Made by a program: the position numbers and the translations under genes. Below, piece by piece: positions 17,936-24,753 of a stretch of 32,000 bases of DNA (position 1 is the stretch's first letter; each line of letters opens with the position of its first letter). Below the pieces are notes generated by a model. The model saw only the letters and a list, made by a program, of their open reading frames with translations. It was not told the origin of the DNA and searched no databases. Location: the NCBI RefSeq assembly GCF_025860405.1, contig NZ_CP063785.1, forward strand, positions 4,929,390 through 4,961,389, written 5' to 3'. This stretch comes from Tolypothrix sp. PCC 7712. GTDB taxonomy: Bacteria; Cyanobacteriota; Cyanobacteriia; Cyanobacteriales; Nostocaceae.

Positions 17936-19918
17936 TTACCAGAAATATTTATTGTTGATCACTGTGGTTTGACGAGTAGCAGAGTTGTAATCTAGGAGAT
18001 ATTCGTGAGCGATCGCTTCATTTTCTCTCAGTGTCTCAACTTCTTTTTTACCAATTTCTGTATCCGTAGAAAGCAAAATTACCTGGTGGCTGGCGGAGGG
18101 AAAGTACCGTTCTACAAGGTTACTGCGGTGGGATGAGTCGAGTCTGCCAAGGGGGGTGTCAATTGCTACTGGTAAGCGGCGACCGGAGACTCTAGCTAAA
18201 CCCCAAAGAAATGCGATCGCTAGTAGTTGTTTTTCGCCAGCAGAAAGGCGATGTTTGGGGACGGGTTTACCGTTTAAGTCGTACAGCGACAGGCTGAAAG
18301 TGTTGGTGTCAATCGCGACGCGATGAACTAAATCAGATTTATGTAACAGATAGCGGAAACATTCTGTGACTTCAACTTCTAATTTGTTGAGTTTTCTCAG
18401 AGTTAATTTCTTGCGGAAAAGTTTGAGGGTTTCTTGGACTCTCACCGCAGATTCAATAATATGTCCTTTGTTTTGAAGTTTAAGACTTGTATCTGTGTAG
18501 TTTTCTAAGTCTTTTTTAGTATTTTCAATCTCCGTTGCTAATTCATCTAAGCGACGTTTGGTAATTTCCCAAGCAGCTTTAGCTTCTGCAACTTGCTGTT
18601 GTGCTTGTTGTAATTCATCAACTAATCTTTGATATTCTTCCGGTGAGGCTGCGGTTTGAATTTGTCTTTCTAAGGTGATAATCTCTTCTTCTTGAGAATT
18701 CAGCAGCGTAATTTTATCTTTCGCTTTGGTTTTGGCATATTCCAAGTGATGATGGATGACATTATCTAATTGATGTAGGGTTTCTGTGTCAGCTAATAGC
18801 CAAGGTTCAGCAATGGCGGCGTTATCTAAATCTTGATTTTCTTGGGAGATAAATTCTTTAATTTGAGTCACTGCTGCTTGTTCAATAGCTAATTGATTAA
18901 TCAAATTGAGTAGCTTTTTATCTCTTTCAATTAATAAATCATGTGCCACTTTCGCTTGTTGAATGCGGAATTCCTCTTCACCTTGGTTATAAGCCTGATT
19001 TAATAGCGGTGTAATCAATCCTAGAGGTAAAAATTCGGCAGATAAATCACACAACGATTGGCGGATTTTTTCTGTTTCGGTGATTCTTTCTTGCTTTTTT
19101 TTCTCTAATTGGCTGCGTTCTCCGGCAATTTTGCCACCCTCAGAAATAAATTTATGTACAGCTTCCTGCTGTCTAGCTTCGGCGGCGGTTAAATTCTCTT
19201 GGAGAGATGTAATTGATTGGGATTCTTGATGATACGCCTCTTGTAATTCTTGCAACTTCTCTTCAATTTCTTCAATATTCGCTAAATCTTTAGTATCAGC
19301 CAGTTCCTTGCGTTTGCGATTGACTAAAATATCTAAATCTACCGCTAATCTATCGGCTAACTCTAAACCTAAAAGTCCGCTAATCGCATCTACTACAATT
19401 GGCGGTGGTATTTCTTGTTCTGCGAGTTCTTTAACTTGTTCGCCATCAAATAAAAATAAGTTAGATATTCCTACAGGTAGGAGATTTTCAATATATTCAT
19501 CCCAAATATTTACTAAAGCTGTATCTAGCCATTCATGGGCATCTAAAATACCTAAATGGTCTTTACCATCTTTAGGATTTTTTTCCCAAGTACGGACAAC
19601 GCGGTATTTTACTGGCTTGTCATTTTCGATATGTTCAAAAAGTAATTCAATGCGTGTCTTTTCTACTGGATCGGTTTTGCTATTAACGCATTGAGTGAGG
19701 AAATCGCTATAACTTAAATTACCACGAGTGGAACATTGAGCGCGATGCCCATAAAGTGCCAGGCGAATTGCGTCCATGAGGGTGGTTTTTCCGCCACCAT
19801 TCATTCCACCTAACAGAATAATTGGGCGAGAATTTTCATGATTTCTGGGGTCAAGATTGATTACTTGTTTACCAGCGTAGGGGCCAAAGTTTTGTAATAC
19901 GAGTTCGAGAAATATCAT
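17936..19918 (-). CDS. dndD: DndD-like SMC/ABC-type ATPase
   Basis: 660 aa. The N-terminus reads LVLQNFGPYAGKQVINL...RPIILLGGMNGGGKTTLMDAIRLALYG (P-loop). A long central coiled coil follows. The C-terminus carries LSAGEKQLLAIAFLWGLA and LPVAIDTPLGRLDSSHR. Confidence 0.85.
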   Translation of the reverse strand: MIFLELVLQNFGPYAGKQVINLDPRNHENSRPIILLGGMNGGGKTTLMDAIRLALYGHRAQCSTRGNLSYSDFLTQCVNSKTDPVEKTRIELLFEHIENDKPVKYRVVRTWEKNPKDGKDHLGILDAHEWLDTALVNIWDEYIENLLPVGISNLFLFDGEQVKELAEQEIPPPIVVDAISGLLGLELADRLAVDLDILVNRKRKELADTKDLANIEEIEEKLQELQEAYHQESQSITSLQENLTAAEARQQEAVHKFISEGGKIAGERSQLEKKKQERITETEKIRQSLCDLSAEFLPLGLITPLLNQAYNQGEEEFRIQQAKVAHDLLIERDKKLLNLINQLAIEQAAVTQIKEFISQENQDLDNAAIAEPWLLADTETLHQLDNVIHHHLEYAKTKAKDKITLLNSQEEEIITLERQIQTAASPEEYQRLVDELQQAQQQVAEAKAAWEITKRRLDELATEIENTKKDLENYTDTSLKLQNKGHIIESAVRVQETLKLFRKKLTLRKLNKLEVEVTECFRYLLHKSDLVHRVAIDTNTFSLSLYDLNGKPVPKHRLSAGEKQLLAIAFLWGLARVSGRRLPVAIDTPLGRLDSSHRSNLVERYFPSASHQVILLSTDTEIGKKEVETLRENEAIAHEYLLDYNSATRQTTVINNKYFW

Positions 19919-19999
19919 TTATAAGAATTAATGTAGGATTTAGGAAAATTACTCAGATAGAAAGATACAAGAGAAAAAGAACGGTAATTTTAGATAATT

Positions 20000-20073
20000 G
20001 TAGGTTGGGTTAAACGCAGTGAAACCCAACATTTTTACGTCTTTGTTGGGTTTTGTTCCTCAAACCAACCTAC
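20000..20073. repeat. Nostocales-type hairpin repeat (GTAGGTTGGG...CCAACCTAC)
   Basis: GTAGGTTGGGTTAAACGCAGTGAAACCCAACA...TGTTGGGTTTTGTTCCTCAAACCAACCTAC lies in the divergent spacer between dndD and the STAND locus. Confidence 0.7.
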
Positions 20074-20287
20074 AGAGGTTAAGTTTTTTGATGTTAACTG
20101 AACGGTATTGAATTATAAAACAACGGGATGGACATTTATCATCAAAAATGTTGGGTACTCAATTCCAAAATGCGAGAAAATCTCCGTTACCAGAGTAAAT
20201 ATTAATTGATTTGGATGATTTATTACCAAAACAGTTGAGCTAGATTACAATCTCCATCAGCATAATCTCGTATTTATTGCCGAAAAT

Positions 20288-20725
20288 ATGGAGCCTGTGA
20301 CACTCACTGCTGCGGGAATCGCCACCCTAGTGTTTACCAAAGCTTTTGAAACCACTATAGAGAAAGCAACAGAAAGTGTTCTGAAAAAATTGGAACAGCT
20401 TCGCCAGAAGATTTTGCAGAAATTCAAGGGTACGCCCAGGGTAGAAGCAGCTTTGGTAAAAGTACAGCAAGGCTCACAGGAAGATTTAAATGTGGTGGCT
20501 GCTTATTTGCAAGAGGCGATGAACAACGATCCCCAATTTGCGGAAGAGGTGAAAACCCTTGCCACAGAAATTCACCAAGAAATTAATATTGGGAAGGTGG
20601 AAGGCAAGAATGTGCAGAATGTTTACGGTGGCGAGGCTTTTCAGTCTAATGATGCTAAGGCTCCCACAATTCAAGGGGGTAGTGGTCACACTATTAATAT
20701 TACCTATAATAATTCCCCTGATTGA
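20288..20725 (+). CDS. 145-aa helical N-terminal module of the STAND locus, ending at an in-frame TGA
   Basis: It starts at an ATG. A hydrophobic first helix (VTLTAAGIATLVFTKAF) is followed by amphipathic helices and a G/N/Q-rich tail (GKVEGKNVQNVYGGEAFQSN..IQGGSGHTINITYNN). It shares a reading frame with the NB-ARC ORF, and the TGA at 20723-20725 is the only stop between them. Confidence 0.65.
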   Translation: MEPVTLTAAGIATLVFTKAFETTIEKATESVLKKLEQLRQKILQKFKGTPRVEAALVKVQQGSQEDLNVVAAYLQEAMNNDPQFAEEVKTLATEIHQEINIGKVEGKNVQNVYGGEAFQSNDAKAPTIQGGSGHTINITYNNSPD

Positions 20726-20785
20726 CTAAAGTCGCCTGAACGGGAACAGGTAAAGTCTCATCCCCAGGGTGAAATACCGCAAAAT

Positions 20786-22870
20786 TTGCCCCTGAGTGGG
20801 GTAGTGGAATTTGTGGGACGTGGGGAAGAATTGCAAACACTCCAGCAGATGTTGCAGCAAAATCAACAAGTAGCCATTGCGGCTATTGCGGGGATGGGTG
20901 GAGTTGGCAAAACAGAACTGGCGTTGCAATATGCCATTGAGTACCGCGACAATTATCAAGGTGGAATTTGCTGGTTGTTGCCCAAATCTGGGGATATTGG
21001 GGTGCAAATTGTCCAGTTTGCGAGAACGCAGCTAGATTTAAACCCGCCAACAGATGTAGATTTACCCGCGCAAGTGCAATTTTGCTGGCGGCGTTGGCGT
21101 GAGGGTGATGTGCTGCTGGTGTTGGATGATGTTGCTGATTATCAGGAAGTTAAACCTTACTTTGTGTCGCTATCTTCTCGGTTCAAAATCCTGATTACTA
21201 CTCGCCAGCAGTTGGGGCGCATAGAAACATTATCTTTAGATGTGCTGCAACCAGAGGCGGCGCTGGAATTATTAAAGTCAATTATTGGGGCAGAAAGGTT
21301 TGAGCGGGAAAATCAACGCCACCCCCAGGTAGCATTACAGTTATGTGAGTGGCTGGGATATTTGCCTTTGGGTTTGGAGTTGGTAGGGCGGTATCTGGCG
21401 CGGAAACCAGATTTATCTTTGGTAGAAATGCTGGAACGCTTGAAGAAACAGCGACTAGAACAACGCGCCCTTAAGAAAGCAGAAGCCGATATGACAGCAC
21501 AACGGGGTGTGTTAGCAGCTTTTGAGTTGAGTTGGCAGGAATTAGAGGAAGATGATCAACAACTGGGCTGTTTATTGAGTGTATTTGCAGCCGCACCTAT
21601 ACCTTGGGTGTTGGTAGAACAGTGTTTACCAGAGGAAGATGGGGAAGATTTAGAAGAAATTAGGGATGATAAGTTGTTGAATTTGTATTTACTCCAGCGT
21701 AAAGGTGAGGGAATCTATCAACTACATCCCCTGTTGCGGGAGTTTTTTCAATATAAGCTGACAGGGTTAGATAAAGCAGAGGGATTTAAGCGAAGTTTTT
21801 GTGGAGTAATGGTAGCAGTTGCTAAAGATATTCCTGACACTCCCACACTTCAGCAAATTAAAGATGTCGCCCCCGCCATACCTCACTTGATAGAAGTAGC
21901 AGACAATCTCATTCAGTATGTCAGCAATGATAATATAGTCAACATTTTCACAAAGTTGGGTGAATTTTATGAGGATCAGGGATTATATGAGCAAGCAAAA
22001 CCTTGGTACAAGCAGTGCCTAATCATTAGTCAAAAGCTCTTTGGTTCTAAGCATCTATACGTTGCTCAAAGCTTCAACAATCTAGCGGAACTCTACAAAT
22101 TACAAGGACGCTACACAGATGCTGAACTCTTATTGTTACAGGCCGTGGAACTTACACAAGTCCTTTTTGGAGAGGAAGATTTATTCGTTGCCACTAGTCT
22201 CAACAATCTGGCTGAACTCTACAAATTACAAGGGCGTTACAAAGAAGCTGAACCCATATTTTTACAAGCTTTAAAACTAAGACAGCATCTGTTGGGAGAG
22301 GAAGATTCATTAGTCGCTACTAGTCTCAATAATCTAGCTGAACTCTACAAGTTGCAAGAACGCTATACAGAAGCTGAACCCCTACTTCTAAAAGCTGTGG
22401 CAGATTTTCAAAATCTACTGGGATATGAGCATCGATTAGTTGCTACTAGTCTCAACAATCTGGCAACGCTCTACTTTTTACAAAGACGTTATATCGAAGC
22501 TGAACCTTTGTTTTTGCAAGTTTTAAAATTAAGACAAATCCTGCTAGGAAAGGAACATCCTGAAGTTGCTCAAAGTCTCAACAATATAGCCGAACTTTAC
22601 AAACTACAAGGGCGTGATACAGAAGCTGAAGTGTTATTTTTGCAGGCTTTGGAACTAGAACAACGCTTGCGAGGAAATGAACATCCTAATGTTGCTATTA
22701 GCTTTAGTAATCTAGCCTTTCTCTATATGTCACAGCATCGTTACACAGAAGCTGAACATCTATTAAAGCAAGCCTTATATATTTGTGAATGCAGTTTGGG
22801 GATAGGTCATCCCAAAACAATAATAGTTCGGAGCAATTACGCAATTTTTCTAAGGCAGGCATATCGTTAG
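20786..22870 (+). CDS. NB-ARC/TPR STAND NTPase (NLR-like); start codon uncertain
   Basis: It carries FVGRGEEL, the Walker A IAGMGGVGKTELA, the Walker B LLVLDDV, ILITTR and a GLPL-type motif (LGYLPLGLELVG). Seven 42-aa TPR units of the form VATSLNNLAELYKLQGRYxEAEPLxLQAL follow. The track start is a TTG inside the conserved NLPLSG motif. The first in-frame ATG is at 20849, and GTGs lie at 20804 and 20813. Confidence 0.8.
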   Translation: MPLSGVVEFVGRGEELQTLQQMLQQNQQVAIAAIAGMGGVGKTELALQYAIEYRDNYQGGICWLLPKSGDIGVQIVQFARTQLDLNPPTDVDLPAQVQFCWRRWREGDVLLVLDDVADYQEVKPYFVSLSSRFKILITTRQQLGRIETLSLDVLQPEAALELLKSIIGAERFERENQRHPQVALQLCEWLGYLPLGLELVGRYLARKPDLSLVEMLERLKKQRLEQRALKKAEADMTAQRGVLAAFELSWQELEEDDQQLGCLLSVFAAAPIPWVLVEQCLPEEDGEDLEEIRDDKLLNLYLLQRKGEGIYQLHPLLREFFQYKLTGLDKAEGFKRSFCGVMVAVAKDIPDTPTLQQIKDVAPAIPHLIEVADNLIQYVSNDNIVNIFTKLGEFYEDQGLYEQAKPWYKQCLIISQKLFGSKHLYVAQSFNNLAELYKLQGRYTDAELLLLQAVELTQVLFGEEDLFVATSLNNLAELYKLQGRYKEAEPIFLQALKLRQHLLGEEDSLVATSLNNLAELYKLQERYTEAEPLLLKAVADFQNLLGYEHRLVATSLNNLATLYFLQRRYIEAEPLFLQVLKLRQILLGKEHPEVAQSLNNIAELYKLQGRDTEAEVLFLQALELEQRLRGNEHPNVAISFSNLAFLYMSQHRYTEAEHLLKQALYICECSLGIGHPKTIIVRSNYAIFLRQAYR

Positions 22871-23009
22871 TACTTATCTCGCTTTAGAGTAGTAATAAAT
22901 TTATGGGTGCATACGAGAATGGAGAGATTAGCAGAGAGACTTAAGAGTTTTTTCTAAGACTAGTTGTGATGTGATCATGATATGCGCTATCTCAAATACC
23001 AACTTTCGT

Positions 23010-23156
23010 GTTCTGAACTCGAAGTTTCCTGTTTCAAGTGAGAATGTTCCTGTTTCAAACGAGAACGTTCTGGTTCCAAGTGAGAATGTTCCTGTTTCAA
23101 ACGAGAACGTTCTGGTTCCAAATGAGAATGTTCCTGTTTCAAACGAGAATTTTTCT
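23010..23156. repeat. tandem array of seven 21-bp units (42-bp super-period) containing the palindrome AGAACGTTCT
   Basis: The units alternate between GTTTCAAACGAGAACGTTCTG and GTTCCAAGTGAGAATGTTCCT. Boundaries fall at 23010, 23031, 23052, 23073, 23094, 23115 and 23136. Confidence 0.85.
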
Positions 23157-23186
23157 GTTCTGAGGTGGAATGATGGAGTTATGAAG

Positions 23187-23488
23187 GCGATCGCTCTGTT
23201 AAAATTCTCTGTTGTCTGGTGTGCGATCGCAATTCCGCAGATGACAGCAGTCTGATTTTACTGAATCAGTGCGATCGCTCTGTAAAAATTCTCCGTTGTC
23301 TGGTGTGCGATCGCAATTCCGCAGATGACAGCAGTCTGATTTTACTGAATCAGTGCGATCACTCTCTTAAAATTCTCCATTGTCTGGTGTGCGATCGCAA
23401 ATCCGCAGATGACACTAACCTGATTTTATGGAATCAGTGCGATCGCTCTTGTAAAATTCTCCGTTGTCTGGTGTGCGATCGCAATTCC
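23187..23488. repeat. 84-bp tandem repeat, about 3.6 copies, two HIP1 sites per unit
   Basis: Units start at 23187, 23271, 23355 and 23439. Units 1 and 2 differ at two positions. Unit 3 is more diverged. Unit 4 is truncated after 50 bp. Confidence 0.9.
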
Positions 23489-23500
23489 TCAGCCTATCTT

Positions 23501-23525
23501 GTAGAGACGCGATTCATCGCGTCTC
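23501..23525. terminator. hairpin repeat GTAGAGACGCGATTCATCGCGTCTC (same family as 790-817)
   Basis: It lies 10 bp past the stop of the 23535..24101 gene, at the end of the repeat-filled convergent spacer. Confidence 0.6.
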
Positions 23526-23534
23526 CCACAGTTA

Positions 23535-24101
23535 TTAATTATTTGCTGGAACTAGTTGCACATCTTCACAGGAACCACCTGTCAGGCTATAGTCATCCAC
23601 TTGAACCCAGCTATCCTGACCTAAAGCCCAAAATCCTGTGAAAATATTGTACACAGTTTCATTGCCAGTTCTAAACGATAGTGTCATAGGTGTGTAGCGA
23701 GGTAAACTACCAAACTTGATTTCGGAAAAAACCTTCTGTTGAGCATCTCGCACTCCAAAATAACCATCTGTAACATTGCCTGATGTGCGGATATATGCTG
23801 TTAACTTATATTGAGTGTTGGGTTGGAGTCTGACGCGTTGACGAATACCATTCCATCCCGAAACATTCCGCATCCAGACATTATTTTTACCCCTATTGCT
23901 GTAGCCTAATCCAATATCAACGCCAACTCTACCTTCCCCAACCCAAGGACTGCTGATTCTTTGGCTAGCTTGTGCTTCAAAGTCTCCACCATTTAGGGGA
24001 GCAGCGCAAGAAGCTGGAGTTTTAGTAGAAGGGAAACTCAGGGAAATTACAGCAGTGATGAATACTGCTATTTTGCTGAGAGGTAACTGTTTACTAGTCA
24101 T
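23535..24101 (-). CDS. secreted protein with a CBM4/9-like (galactose-binding-like) jelly-roll domain
   Basis: 188 aa with an N-terminal signal peptide (IAVFITAVISLSF). The NGGDFE..W..G opening motif, YKLTAYIRTSG and a C-terminal VQVDDYSL are typical of CBM-type beta-sandwiches. Confidence 0.55.
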   Translation of the reverse strand: MTSKQLPLSKIAVFITAVISLSFPSTKTPASCAAPLNGGDFEAQASQRISSPWVGEGRVGVDIGLGYSNRGKNNVWMRNVSGWNGIRQRVRLQPNTQYKLTAYIRTSGNVTDGYFGVRDAQQKVFSEIKFGSLPRYTPMTLSFRTGNETVYNIFTGFWALGQDSWVQVDDYSLTGGSCEDVQLVPANN

Positions 24102-24307
24102 TTAACTTTATACCTTTACTTAAGATAATTCCGTAAACTGCTGAGTATATAATAGGTTCGCCCTTAGCAGCTTTATGCAAATTATCTATGTTGCAGGTAA
24201 GAAGTTATCGTCAGCCGAGATGATTGCGAAAATTATTTGCTGAGGGAGGAATTAGGGAAGAGAGAAGAAGGAAGAAAAGCTGAGGTAAGACAGAGTTTCC
24301 GGAAGCA

Positions 24308-24532
24308 TCAAGAATTGGATGGTTTATCTTTTTGGACTTTTTTAATTAATGCCATATAGACATTAACTTCACTCACTTCTACATCATGTTCAACTCTAGT
24401 TACTTTCCATTGTTCCTTTTTGAGGTAAACTTCCTCTCCCACTCTGGGTATAAATTGTAAATCATAAAACTTTTTAATATACTCTTTTTCGTTTTCTTCC
24501 CATAAAATTACCTTGGCTACTTCTTTAGACAT
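24308..24532 (-). CDS. hypothetical 74-aa protein
   Basis: ATG-initiated ORF, lysine/glutamate-rich and AT-rich. No recognisable family. Confidence 0.4.
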   Translation of the reverse strand: MSKEVAKVILWEENEKEYIKKFYDLQFIPRVGEEVYLKKEQWKVTRVEHDVEVSEVNVYMALIKKVQKDKPSNS

Positions 24533-24730
24533 GGTTAATGTTTATCCTTTGTTGTTAGTAAGCTCCATATAGGAGTTTGATGACATCCACCTGGCAAGTT
24601 TATCTTACTAATTCCACATCAGAAGGTAGTTAAAACCACATTATTTACTAATATTCATTAGCCCGCGTATTATTGACTCTAAATCTAGAGTAGAGATACT
24701 CAATTTTTATATATAAATCATCATAAATTG

Positions 24731-24753
24731 AGGATGCATTAATAACGCATCCT
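24731..24753 (-). terminator. possible terminator hairpin of the GNAT gene
   Basis: AGGATGC (24731-24737) pairs with GCATCCT (24747-24753). It overlaps the TAG stop by 2 nt, and an A/T-rich tract follows on the minus strand. Confidence 0.35.

Noticed and set aside
20723-20725. The in-frame TGA read as selenocysteine.
   Set aside because: I see only a trivial 4-bp stem (CCTG...CAGG) downstream and nothing like a bacterial SECIS hairpin. No sel genes are in the window. To my knowledge selenoprotein machinery is not typical of Nostocales. A nonsense mutation, a miscall or a split gene are more parsimonious.
20288-20860. A Bell-domain/NLR pair communicating through matching amyloid signalling motifs (BASS-type architecture).
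   Set aside because: That architecture needs the short motif at both the C-terminus of the small protein and the N-terminus of the NLR. Here a G/N/Q-rich segment occurs only once, upstream of the TGA. The sequence after the stop is an ordinary linker.
23052-23114. AGAACGTTCT palindromes as LexA/SOS (Cheo-type GAAC-N4-GTTC, or the cyanobacterial RGTAC-N3-DGTWCB) boxes.
   Set aside because: The GAAC and GTTC half-sites are directly abutted with no spacer, and the flanks do not fit either consensus. There is no gene downstream to regulate.
23187-23488. Possible CRISPR array: a regular repeat with HIP1-containing 50-bp 'repeats' and 34-bp 'spacers'.
   Set aside because: The would-be spacers are themselves near-identical between units (identical in units 1 and 2). 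The whole 84-bp unit is therefore a tandem duplication, not repeat-plus-unique-spacer. No cas genes or leader are present in the window.
22971-23641. Track ORFs 22971..23255 (VSNENVL heptad repeats) and 23219..23641 (Cys-rich 28-aa repeats) as real genes, for example a multi-core RiPP precursor.
   Set aside because: Both are translations of tandem DNA repeats whose periods (21 and 84 bp) are multiples of three, so open frames arise automatically. Neither has a convincing RBS. The second runs antisense into the 3' end of the well-supported 23535..24101 gene. It is kept only as something to exclude under the repeat finding.
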